From Turneriella sp. (lineage in GTDB: Bacteria > Spirochaetota > Leptospiria > Turneriellales > Turneriellaceae): a stretch of DNA of 64,000 nucleotides. How positions within the stretch are numbered: the first letter of the stretch is position 1; each line of letters starts with the position of its first letter. The stretch lies in contig CBDIID010000003.1 of assembly GCA_965279515.1 (NCBI GenBank), positions 4,352,001 to 4,416,000 of the forward strand. Direction: 5' to 3'. A program made the position numbers and the translations under genes. This document shows positions 1-8,537 of the stretch, one piece after another. The notes below the pieces were generated by a model. The model was not told the DNA's origin, did not search any database, and saw nothing but the letters and a program-made list of their open reading frames with translations.

Positions 1-1388
1 TGTCCATAAACTTCGTGCATGTTGTCGCGGATGGCCTTTTTATGTTCGCCGTTGAAATCGGAAAAGGCTGAAAAAGCCGGTGAGGGATTTTTCTTTGGTG
101 CGCGGTCGATGCTGACTCCCCATTTGTTGAGTAGCGGTGCGACATTGAATTTGCCGCCGACGACGCCGATCGAACCTGTGATGCTCATCGGCGTCGAAAA
201 TACCCTGTCGCCTACCGCCGAGAGATAATAGCCGCCCGAGGCTGCAACATTGCCCTGTGAAACATAGACGGGGATGGATTCCTTTTCAGATTTTTCTTTT
301 TTCTTTGCGTCTGCTTCGTGCCGTTCGCTTTCTATTTTACCCGTGGAAAGCATCCATTCGCGCCACAACAGTTGCGATACCAATGCTGAGCCCCCGGGAC
401 TGTTCACGCGCAAAAGGACAGCGTCAAAACCGTCTTCGGCCAGCGCGTCAGAAATCTGCTCGTAATCCGGCCAGTTAATCGTGCCGGGCCGCGACTCAGC
501 GCTTTCAATGATATTTCCTTCGGCGACGACAAGCGCGATCCGCTCATTCTTACGGAAATTAAAAAGCCTGAAGTTTTTTCTGCGGATGATTTTGCTGAGC
601 GAATATTCGTCGACGATTCGCATCTTCTTTTCAGCATCTCCGCCATCGCGGAACTCTGTGAGGCTGAGCGTTGCGTCGACAAACTGATAACCGCGTGCAG
701 CGACGGCTCCCATAATTTTGCGGTTCTTTCTGGCCATAAGGGCAGGCGATTTTTCTGCAATGGCGCTGAAAAAAGTCGATTCGAGATCGGCTATGAGTTC
801 TTCTGTTTGGCGCCTTGCCGCGGGCGACATGCCGGTGCGGGTGAAAATTTCAGCGGCGCTTTTAAATTCGCCTACCGATAAAAATTGCGGGCGGATGCCC
901 AGTTTTGCCAGCAGGCTTTGTATAAAGAGTGACTCGCTTGTGAACGGAGAGAAATCAAAGGCCGCCGTTTCGGGCGTCACGATCTTATCGGCGCCGCTGG
1001 CGATGAATGCGGATATTTTATCGTCGGCCAGAAGATATGTCTCGACCGTGACGCCTGCGGCGCGCAGTTTTTTAACAAGGTCACGCAGCTCCCAGGCCTG
1101 CGCCCAGCCGAGATTGTGCGGCTCGATGGTCATCCGCATTTTTTTCAGGCGGATTTTTTTCTGTTCCACCGCCGCTAAGGCCTCGGCAAGATCGAGCGCC
1201 AGAAGATAGAAGCGGTCTTTCGCCGGTTTAAAATAGGACCAGATACCGTGCGACAGGGGCGCTTCGGTAAAATCCGCTTTCAGCGTTATCTCAAGCAACA
1301 GATTACGGTGCCGCGCGCGGACTTTGACGACGAGAAACCAAATGAACCGCAGCGGAAGGACCAGGACAAGAAATGCTATGCGGAACAT
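1..1388 (-). CDS. sppA: Signal peptide peptidase SppA (S49), truncated at the window start
   Basis: Manual translation from ATG at 1388 (MFRIAFLVLVLPLRFIW) runs open to the window edge. It contains VGEFKSAAEIFTR, a SPGGS motif and GNVAASGGYY...TGSIGV, all S49 motifs. The ORF track omits it because there is no stop inside the window. Confidence 0.9.
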   Translation of the reverse strand, partial: MFRIAFLVLVLPLRFIWFLVVKVRARHRNLLLEITLKADFTEAPLSHGIWSYFKPAKDRFYLLALDLAEALAAVEQKKIRLKKMRMTIEPHNLGWAQAWELRDLVKKLRAAGVTVETYLLADDKISAFIASGADKIVTPETAAFDFSPFTSESLFIQSLLAKLGIRPQFLSVGEFKSAAEIFTRTGMSPAARRQTEELIADLESTFFSAIAEKSPALMARKNRKIMGAVAARGYQFVDATLSLTEFRDGGDAEKKMRIVDEYSLSKIIRRKNFRLFNFRKNERIALVVAEGNIIESAESRPGTINWPDYEQISDALAEDGFDAVLLRVNSPGGSALVSQLLWREWMLSTGKIESERHEADAKKKEKSEKESIPVYVSQGNVAASGGYYLSAVGDRVFSTPMSITGSIGVVGGKFNVAPLLNKWGVSIDRAPKKNPSPAFSAFSDFNGEHKKAIRDNMHEVYG

Positions 1389-1499
1389 GGGTTTGAAACA
1401 GGGCTTTGCATCAGGCCGCAAAGTAAGAAATAGCCCGGGCCGGGACAACAGATCGTTGTACAGAACCGGGCCCGTCAGGTCGATATTTGTAAGGCCGCT

Positions 1500-2537
1500 A
1501 TGATCACAACTTTTCCCCATCCGCGCCTGGCGCTGTTTCTTGTTTATCTCACCTGCTTTGTTTTTTGCGCGGGTAAAACCACGCGTCCCCCGGTTGGTAC
1601 AGAACCCGGTTTCGCGCGCGCTTCGGCCAACGTGGCCACATTTCCCGAAGGCGCCGACAAAAGCCTGCCGCAGGTCAAAAAATTTACGCACGAAGATATC
1701 ACGTTTTATGCCTGGTCGAAAGATTTCGCGCGCGGCCACGCCATTCTGCTGGAAATTGAATCAACGAAGAGCCTTTCAGGGCTGGGCCTCTTTGTCAACG
1801 CGCGCGAGTTAAAACTCATTCGCGGCGAGGGCTGCATGTTTGCACTGTACGCCAATTCGCCCGACAGCAAACGGACGAAAAACGAAATTGAAATCCGGCG
1901 CGCGGGCAGCATGGTCACACAATTTGAATTGCCCGTCGTGCAGCTTGAATATCCGGTTGCGAAATCGAAATTGACTGTGAATAATTTCTCCAACGCCACG
2001 AAGCCGGCGTCGAAAGAGACCCTCGAATGGATCGAAGAAAGCCGAAAAAAGAAAATCAAGGCTTTCGTTTCTGTAGATGAAAATTTCCTCTCTTCAGAAA
2101 TCCGTTACCCGCGCGACGAGCATAAGATCACGTCGCCTTTTCATATCAAACGCGTCTACGAACGTTTCAAGGTAGTTAAGGGGAAAAAAAAGGCGCTGCC
2201 CGGCAAGACCTCATTCCACGGCGGCACCGACCTCAAGGGACTCACCGGAGCGCCCATTTTTGCAATCGCTGACGGTCACGTAAATCTCTCAGACCACCTG
2301 TTTTACGATGGTAAGGTCGTTATTCTTGATCACGGCTATGGTGTGCTCAGCGGCTACCTGCACCAAAGTGAACTTCTGGTAAAGAACGGCGAGCGCGTAA
2401 AGGCCGGCCAGTTGCTGGGTAAAACCGGCGCCACCGGAATGGTACAAGGACCGCACCTGCATCTTTTTCTGAACATCCACGGTGTAAAAACTGACCCATT
2501 AAGTTTTCTCGTGTTGCCGATCCGGCCCGCGAAGTAA
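1500..2537 (+). CDS. M23 family metallopeptidase, probable lipoprotein
   Basis: Zn motifs HGGTD (HxxxD) and PHLH, plus VKNGERVKAGQLLGKTGATG. Hydrophobic N-terminus with a Cys. Confidence 0.9.
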   Translation: MITTFPHPRLALFLVYLTCFVFCAGKTTRPPVGTEPGFARASANVATFPEGADKSLPQVKKFTHEDITFYAWSKDFARGHAILLEIESTKSLSGLGLFVNARELKLIRGEGCMFALYANSPDSKRTKNEIEIRRAGSMVTQFELPVVQLEYPVAKSKLTVNNFSNATKPASKETLEWIEESRKKKIKAFVSVDENFLSSEIRYPRDEHKITSPFHIKRVYERFKVVKGKKKALPGKTSFHGGTDLKGLTGAPIFAIADGHVNLSDHLFYDGKVVILDHGYGVLSGYLHQSELLVKNGERVKAGQLLGKTGATGMVQGPHLHLFLNIHGVKTDPLSFLVLPIRPAK

Positions 2538-3031
2538 TGGCGGCGCCAGGCAATCAGCTGCCGCTTCTCGTCGCGGCAGCGGTTATTCTCATCGCCGCGG
2601 GGATTCTTATCGGCATGTCGCTGGCGCGCCTCAGGGCAGAGCATCGCTTTGTGGAAATTCTGCGGCAAAAAGAAACCGAGTGGATGGCTGTGGCGGAAGA
2701 AAATAAGCGCGTTTCGCTCGCCAAATCACGCGCCGTGATCGGCGGTCATTTTAGCGAACAGCTCGCACCGTTTCTGCCCGATTTTCCGTTTGATCCGACA
2801 GAGGCGCGTTTCGTCGGTAAACCTGTCGACTTTGTTGTTTTCCGCGGTCTCGCCGAAGGGCGCGTCAGCAGCGTCGCTTTTGTCGAAGTGAAATCGGGTT
2901 CCAGCCGGCTGAATCGCAATGAAATCTCCGTGCGCGACGCGATAGAAAATAAACGCGTTGAGTTTGTCGAGTACCGGGTTCCGGCGGGTCTTACGGCCCC
3001 TGAAAAAAATGCCGCCTCAGAGCACGGCTAA
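2537..3031 (+). CDS. Membrane-anchored Holliday-junction-resolvase-like PD-(D/E)xK endonuclease
   Basis: N-terminal TM helix, then SRAVIGGHFSEQLAPFLPDFPFDPTEARFVGKPVDFVVF...FVEVKSG, typical of the Endonuc_Holl family. TAATG overlap with the M23 gene. Confidence 0.85.
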   Translation: MAAPGNQLPLLVAAAVILIAAGILIGMSLARLRAEHRFVEILRQKETEWMAVAEENKRVSLAKSRAVIGGHFSEQLAPFLPDFPFDPTEARFVGKPVDFVVFRGLAEGRVSSVAFVEVKSGSSRLNRNEISVRDAIENKRVEFVEYRVPAGLTAPEKNAASEHG

Positions 3032-3724
3032 AATCGCATTCCGCACAACCGGGTAAACTTCCGCAAGGGGTAATCCGCGCTCGATTTCAAATGTGATCGT
3101 CGGTATCTGTCTTTCCCAGCCAGCATAGGTGCCCAATGAACCCGGTGTCGGGTAACCGATGTCTTCGGTGATTTCATATTTCAGATGTTCATGCATCTTT
3201 TCAGCAAAGCTGCGCGCCGGGCCGTTGATGTTGAACATCGGTTTCCAGGAATGCAGCGAGAGAATGAACTCGGGTTTAAATTCTTCGAGAATGTTCAGCA
3301 GCAGCTTTGTTTCGGGCTCTGAGTTCGCTTCGGGCCCCGAATAATATTTCTCGCCAGGTTCGTTCTTTTTCCAGTCTTTGGTAGCCATGTTGCGGTTGAG
3401 GTCGACAGCATTGCCATTGTGACGCGAGCAGGCGAGAAAACCATCGGGGCTCAGCACGGGAATAAAAAGCAGGTCGCTTGAGGTTGCAGGTGTTTTGCCG
3501 CCGCTCATAAATTCGTCGAAAAAACCTTTTGTCGCGGCGACACCTTCAGTTTCATTGCCATGCACCCCGCCGACGAAAAGCACGCGCCTTGTTCCCGAGG
3601 TGAATCTTTTGCCATAAATTGGATTTCTCCCGGCGGAAAGACCCAGGGTATCCAGTGTGGCAAATGATGCGAGAACGTTTTGGGGAGATGCGAATTTTTC
3701 GGAGGCTTTGAGTTCTTCGGCCAT
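3017..3724 (-). CDS. mpaA: Murein peptide amidase A-like M14 zinc carboxypeptidase
   Basis: Motifs GVHGNE, RHNGNAVDLNRN, SEPET, SLHS, IGYPTPGSLGTY and TFE. Start placed at ATG 3724 (MAEELK). Confidence 0.8.
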   Translation of the reverse strand: MAEELKASEKFASPQNVLASFATLDTLGLSAGRNPIYGKRFTSGTRRVLFVGGVHGNETEGVAATKGFFDEFMSGGKTPATSSDLLFIPVLSPDGFLACSRHNGNAVDLNRNMATKDWKKNEPGEKYYSGPEANSEPETKLLLNILEEFKPEFILSLHSWKPMFNINGPARSFAEKMHEHLKYEITEDIGYPTPGSLGTYAGWERQIPTITFEIERGLPLAEVYPVVRNAILAVL

Positions 3725-3731
3725 AAATATC

Positions 3732-4640
3732 CTAGGCAATGAGCTGCGGCGACTGCAGTGCCACGGCGTTGCGGTATGTGTTATAGAGAAGCATGGCGAT
3801 TGTCATCGGTCCCACACCGCCCGGCACGGGCGTATAAAAAGAAGCCTTTTCCGCAACGGGGCCGAGGTCGAGGTCTCCTGTAACCTTGCCATCGATGCGG
3901 TGCATCCCCACGTCGACGACAATGGCCCCGGGCTTGATGTCGCGGGTATCGACAACGCCGCGCACCCCTGTGGCGCTGACGAGAATGTCGGCATCGCGCA
4001 CCAACGCGGAAAGATTCTGGGTTTTAGAATGGCAGGTTGTCACTGTCATATTGAGTACCGACAACAGCAACTGCGCCATGGGTTTACCCACAATGTTCGA
4101 ACGCCCGACGACCACGGCATGCTTACCCGTCAGGTTTTGCCCGAGTTGCATCAGCATGAGCATGATACCGGCTGGTGTGCACGATAGCACTGTTTCTTCG
4201 CCGGCAAGCAGTTTACCCTGATTTACATAGTGGAAGCCGTCTGCGTCTTTTTCGGGAATGATGGCCTGCAGAATCTGGCGCTCATTGAGGTGTTTGGGCA
4301 GGGGTAGCTGTACGAGAATACCATGCACGTTCGGGTCGTGGTTGAATTCATGGATTTTAGCCACGATCTCTTCTTGTTGTGTTTGCGCGGGCAGGCGTAC
4401 GAGCTGCGAAAAATAACCCAGTTCCTGCGCTGCTTTTTCCTTGCTGGCAACATAGATCTGCGATGCTGCATCGTCGCCGACCAGAATCACGGCAAGGCCG
4501 GGTTTTATTGCATGGGCAGCGGTTTCTTCCTTAAGATGGCCGCGCACCAGCTCGGCGAGCTTTTTGCCCATGAGTTTTTTCCCGTCGATCCAGCTTTCGG
4601 GAGCAAACTTCACTTTGGGCAGGGAGTCAATTAACGGCAC
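3732..4640 (-). CDS. folD: Bifunctional methylenetetrahydrofolate dehydrogenase/cyclohydrolase
   Basis: Motifs PGLAVILVG, YVASK, HGILVQLPLP, EKDADGFH, VVGRSNIVGKP and TPVPGGVGPMT. Confidence 0.97.
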   Translation of the reverse strand: MPLIDSLPKVKFAPESWIDGKKLMGKKLAELVRGHLKEETAAHAIKPGLAVILVGDDAASQIYVASKEKAAQELGYFSQLVRLPAQTQQEEIVAKIHEFNHDPNVHGILVQLPLPKHLNERQILQAIIPEKDADGFHYVNQGKLLAGEETVLSCTPAGIMLMLMQLGQNLTGKHAVVVGRSNIVGKPMAQLLLSVLNMTVTTCHSKTQNLSALVRDADILVSATGVRGVVDTRDIKPGAIVVDVGMHRIDGKVTGDLDLGPVAEKASFYTPVPGGVGPMTIAMLLYNTYRNAVALQSPQLIA

Positions 4641-4678
4641 GCCGCAACAAACGGAGGGGGAGACATGCCTTCAAGCAG

Positions 4679-6283
4679 TTACGATTTGAACAACAGCTCA
4701 AACGGGATCGCCTGAATATGCGGCCGTGCATAGATTTTATGCTGGTAGATCGGCCGGCGGTCTTCGTCCGTATACGATTTTCCTGCCTGTTTTTGCAGCA
4801 TGCGAGAAAGCCGCCATGCATCGCCGGCCTCTTTTTGTCTAAGCACGCTGACGAAATGCCCGTGAAAGGCTTCGGTAGAAAAATCCTGCGCTTCCATAAT
4901 CTCGCGCAGCGTCTTCCGGGTGAAATCCCTGATCTCGGCGGCAAAGCTGTCGCCGTGCAGGTTTTGCAGCCGGGTGTAATTCATGAGACTGGTGACAATC
5001 ACCGCGTAGGGTTCGTCAGATTTCGCCAGGCTGTCTTCGCAGGCGGTGATAAAATTCCGGATTGCCATGACGGGGTTATCCGCATGTTTTAATGCCGATG
5101 TGGCGTGGTCCCTGAGGCGTGAGACGTGGTTCTGCATCACGTAGTGATCGATCATCGAGCCCAGTGCTGTGACCTTTTCTTTTTCGCCGTCGGCGATAAA
5201 CGCCACGGCAAGAATTTCCTGGCGATGCAGTACTTTGTGCGCAAAAACCTGGCGGTATTTGGCGAGAAAAGAAAAACCTTCCGAGCTTTCGAAATCCGCT
5301 GCGGCAAATGAGGTCTGCCCGTTTTTAATTTTCTCGATGATGGCATCGACGAGATTGACTTCGAGGTGCGCCACCTGTTCGGCCGGAAAGCCCGTGGCAA
5401 AATGCCGCCTCAGGAAAAAATCTTCGCGCGTCATGAGCAGCAGCGCGGTGTCGGGAAAATGGCGGGTCAGCTCGGCCTCGAGCACGTCTTTCAGCGATTC
5501 GTGGTTGTCGAGCTTGCCGAGGTTTGTGACAAACTCTGCCGCGTAATCCTGGAACATCTGGGCACGGCTGAGCTTTTGGTTTTTTTCTTCGGCGCCCGAA
5601 ACCAGTTTCAGCTGGGCTTCCATAGCGCCGAGCAGCTCGCCGCAGATTTTCAGATAGAAGAGGTCGTCTGAGCTTAAGAGCGATGCGCCCTGCGGCGGGT
5701 TGATGAGAATGACACCGCGGAGTTCCTCATAACGGAATACCGGCGCGGCATAACGTGCGCCCAGCGAACCGAGAAATTTGACTTCGCGCTCGGAAAATGA
5801 CGCCAGGAAGTCGTCCACGAGAATTGCTTTCTTCTCTTTTGCCAGCGCCTCGCAGAGTTTATTGTTTGCGGCAAAGGAATGGTCTGAAGCGAGAGTGAAG
5901 CCGAGCGCGTATTTGAGTTCCATGCGCGTGTCGTCTTCCATGAAGAGAGCGATGTATTTGGTGCCGAGCTGCGCCATCAGCGAGTAGGCGATGACCTGCC
6001 AGAGATCGGCCGCCGAGCGCACCTGGCCAAATTCCTTGTAGATTTCAATCAGGTTCAGCATCGAATCGAGGCGCGATTTATGCCCCATGGTTTCGGGGAA
6101 ATCAGCCGCGGCAACGACGGCTTTCTTCATTTCGGGGCGCGCAGCCTCGCCCTGCGGTGCGCTTGCCTCAGGCGGATGGCTCTTGGGTTTGTTGAGGTCG
6201 GGCTTGAGTTCGAGGCCTAAATCGACGCCCTGCGAAGATCCAACGGCTTTAGAATAGTCGCTGGCCCGCTCGCGGAGTCCCAT
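4679..6283 (-). CDS. Tandem GAF-domain protein with a degenerate C-terminal GGDEF-like domain
   Basis: GAF-like segment LGARYAAPVFRYEELRGVILIN...SSDDLFYLKICGE. The C-terminus (PYAVIVTSLMNYTRLQNLHGDSFAAEIRDF) resembles a cyclase domain, but FHGHF occupies the GGDEF position. Confidence 0.6.
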   Translation of the reverse strand: MGLRERASDYSKAVGSSQGVDLGLELKPDLNKPKSHPPEASAPQGEAARPEMKKAVVAAADFPETMGHKSRLDSMLNLIEIYKEFGQVRSAADLWQVIAYSLMAQLGTKYIALFMEDDTRMELKYALGFTLASDHSFAANNKLCEALAKEKKAILVDDFLASFSEREVKFLGSLGARYAAPVFRYEELRGVILINPPQGASLLSSDDLFYLKICGELLGAMEAQLKLVSGAEEKNQKLSRAQMFQDYAAEFVTNLGKLDNHESLKDVLEAELTRHFPDTALLLMTREDFFLRRHFATGFPAEQVAHLEVNLVDAIIEKIKNGQTSFAAADFESSEGFSFLAKYRQVFAHKVLHRQEILAVAFIADGEKEKVTALGSMIDHYVMQNHVSRLRDHATSALKHADNPVMAIRNFITACEDSLAKSDEPYAVIVTSLMNYTRLQNLHGDSFAAEIRDFTRKTLREIMEAQDFSTEAFHGHFVSVLRQKEAGDAWRLSRMLQKQAGKSYTDEDRRPIYQHKIYARPHIQAIPFELLFKS

Positions 6284-6315
6284 GGCTTAAGCTCCCCTGA
6301 CGGGGAGGTTATGTT

Positions 6316-6348
6316 TTAAGGGGGTCATGCGACCCCCTTAATAACCCC
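6316..6348. repeat. Extragenic palindrome (REP-like), copy A
   Basis: Perfect 11-bp stem TTAAGGGGGTC-ATGC-GACCCCCTTAA followed by TAACCCC. It shares a 16-mer with the element at 49979-50030. Confidence 0.65.
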
Positions 6349-6368
6349 GCAAAAATTTGCCGGCATGC

Positions 6369-8246
6369 TTATAATCCCAGTTTATCCATAATTTTCTGGT
6401 ACATTTTAAAGTACTCTGACTGCGCAAACTTCTCGATCACGTCGTCCGGCAGTTCACCGAGCAGGTTGTCGAGGTACGTCATCACCGATTTTAATTCTTC
6501 GGTATCCGGTGCCGGCGCTGCAGCATCGGCGTGCGCGTCTTCGTGGATGAGTGTGGCTGCATCGAGGTCTTCTTCGAATACGGTGGCGGGTTTATCCGTG
6601 TTGTCGGCGAGGCTGGGTTCGTCGGCACCCGTATCCATATGCGAGAGCGGCATCATCGGCGCTTCGGGCGTGACTTCGCGTGAGTCAGCGACGATGCCGT
6701 CGAGTTCGTCGGAAGAAAGGGCTATCGGGCCGTCTTCGTCGCCGTCTGCCGGTACGGCGGGCGTGCCTGTGCTGAGCTCAGTCGAAGCATCTTCCATGTG
6801 GTCGACATCTGCATAGCGCGAATCAATCGCCATGGGGTCAGGCGTGGAAGCGTCCATGCCTTCGGCCGCGGCATCCATGCCTTCGGGTGGGAGTTCCGCC
6901 AGCGGCGCCACTTCCGGAGCATCTTCTATTTCCGCCGTCGCGGCGATGCCGTCGAGTTCGTCGGCCGAGAGGGCAATGGGTTCATCCGCATCGCTGTCAA
7001 AAAAGTCGTCGCTGCCGGCATGAGCGTGGTCATCGGCTGCGGCTGCTTGCCCCGCGTCCATATCGGCCGCAGGAACTTCTTCGGCGTCCATGAGAATGCC
7101 GTCGAGCTCTTCGTTGGAAAGTGCGATGGGTTCGTCGTCTTCGACCTCGACCATGCCGTCGGATGGCAGGTCGGCGAGGGCGACTTCATCCGTCTGTTTC
7201 GGCGCCTCTTCTTCGGGCGCGCTGCTTAAAATGCCGTCGAGTTCTTCATCGGAAAGCGTGATCGGTTCGTCTTCATCGCTGTCAAAAAATCCGGCGCTGT
7301 CGTTGGCAGCGGGCGAAGAAGTCTCTTCAAGTGTGGGCGAACCATCGTCGATCATCGTGATCGCCGGATCATCGTCGAGAGTCAGCACCTCGTCTTCATC
7401 GTTGACGGGTAAGAGCTCGGGCGCGCCGGTATGCGTTTCAGCATGGCCTGCTTCAGCGTCGGCTAAAATATTATCGAGTTCGTCGTCTGAGAGCGCAATC
7501 GGTTCTTCATCCTCGCCAAAATCTTCGGCGATCGAGGGTGGCGGCGGCGGTGCCATCGCCGGAGAACTGCTGACCGGGGCGGGGCGGGGTGCTGCTGCCG
7601 GGGAGGCAGGCGTGTGCGCGCCTTCTTCTTCTAATAAAATTTCATCGAGATCTTCGTCTGATAGCGCAATCGGCAATTCATCGTCGTCGAAGTTATGTTC
7701 GGCTTCCGGCATTGGCGGAGCGTCATAGGGATCGGCCTCTGGCATTGCCGGCGTCGCAGATGCGCTTTCATGTTCTACCGGAAAATCGGGATGGAATTCT
7801 TCTTCTGTCGCCGGCCCCATTTCCAGGATGCCATCGAGCTCTTCACTCGAAAGCGCGATTGGGCCGTCGTCTTCATCACTGTGTTCGGCCAGGGTCTGAT
7901 CATGGCTTACGGGCGCGACTTCAGCAGGCGCGTCGAGGGGATCTATATCGTCGGAAGATAAAATATCGTCAATGTAAGCATCTTCGGGATGTACCTGCGG
8001 CATGGGCGCCATCGCATGGCTCTCGTCGATATCCTCAAGAGTGGGTGCGGTAATCGTCTCTGCCTGTGCTTGCTCTGAAGCTGCGTGGTGCATTTCGTCT
8101 TCGTGCTGTGTCAGCTGCGGATTTTCTTTTGAGGAATCGTAAAGTACGACAAAGGATTTATCGTCAGATTCCGTGACGGCCAAATCGCCGTGGATGTCGA
8201 ATTCGTCGTCTTTGATTTTGGTCTTTTCAGCCACAGCTTCAGCCAT
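6369..8246 (-). CDS. Highly acidic, probably disordered repeat protein with a small C-terminal helical domain
   Basis: Rich in D/E/A/P, with seven PI(A/T)LSxxxLDxI repeats. C-terminus ELKSVMTYLDNLLGELPDDVIEKFAQSEYFKMYQKIMDKLGL. Start placed at ATG 8246, just downstream of a sigma-28-like promoter. Confidence 0.85.
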   Translation of the reverse strand: MAEAVAEKTKIKDDEFDIHGDLAVTESDDKSFVVLYDSSKENPQLTQHEDEMHHAASEQAQAETITAPTLEDIDESHAMAPMPQVHPEDAYIDDILSSDDIDPLDAPAEVAPVSHDQTLAEHSDEDDGPIALSSEELDGILEMGPATEEEFHPDFPVEHESASATPAMPEADPYDAPPMPEAEHNFDDDELPIALSDEDLDEILLEEEGAHTPASPAAAPRPAPVSSSPAMAPPPPPSIAEDFGEDEEPIALSDDELDNILADAEAGHAETHTGAPELLPVNDEDEVLTLDDDPAITMIDDGSPTLEETSSPAANDSAGFFDSDEDEPITLSDEELDGILSSAPEEEAPKQTDEVALADLPSDGMVEVEDDEPIALSNEELDGILMDAEEVPAADMDAGQAAAADDHAHAGSDDFFDSDADEPIALSADELDGIAATAEIEDAPEVAPLAELPPEGMDAAAEGMDASTPDPMAIDSRYADVDHMEDASTELSTGTPAVPADGDEDGPIALSSDELDGIVADSREVTPEAPMMPLSHMDTGADEPSLADNTDKPATVFEEDLDAATLIHEDAHADAAAPAPDTEELKSVMTYLDNLLGELPDDVIEKFAQSEYFKMYQKIMDKLGL

Positions 8247-8263
8247 ATTATATACCCGATTTA

Positions 8264-8290
8264 TTATCGGTTTTGAGGCGAGCAATCTTA
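8264..8290 (-). promoter_or_regulatory. Sigma-28 (FliA)-like promoter
   Basis: Minus strand reads TAAG-N15-ACCGATAA against the consensus TAAA-N15-GCCGATAA. It lies 17 nt upstream of ATG 8246. Confidence 0.7.
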
Positions 8291-8434
8291 AATTGACTAC
8301 CAGATAAGGTTCAAAATCGGAAACATTGGTGCGCTGAACTCGTATGAATGGCGAGGCGTCCGTTTTCCCGGACGGGATATTGATCCGGGAGGGAGTGTAT
8401 GGTTGGCTTGGGTGTCGGGAAAATGAGTAACAAG

Positions 8435-8462
8435 TGTTTACAAACAATGAACAGTATGTTCA
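8435..8462. promoter_or_regulatory. Paired palindromes, candidate operator upstream of the giant lipoprotein
   Basis: TGTTT-AC-AAACA (8435-8446) immediately followed by TGAACA-GTA-TGTTCA (8448-8462). Confidence 0.45.
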
Positions 8463-8537
8463 CTTTTTTGGCCCAATAACCGGCACGGCTGTCATTTTCT
8501 ATTACGGTGTGTTACGGCCTTGAAGAAAGGGGTATGC

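Noticed and set aside
19..1433. Short ORF-track ORFs at the window start
   Set aside because: They are shadows of the minus-strand sppA ORF that runs off the edge.
6690..7866. DNA-level repeats considered as a CRISPR array or DGR template
   Set aside because: They are in-frame coding repeats with third-position variation and irregular spacing. There are no cas or reverse transcriptase genes in the window.
8247..8447. N-terminal extension of the 692-aa ORF
   Set aside because: Its composition is unlike the rest of the protein and it spans the promoter region. ATG 8246 fits the sigma-28 promoter.
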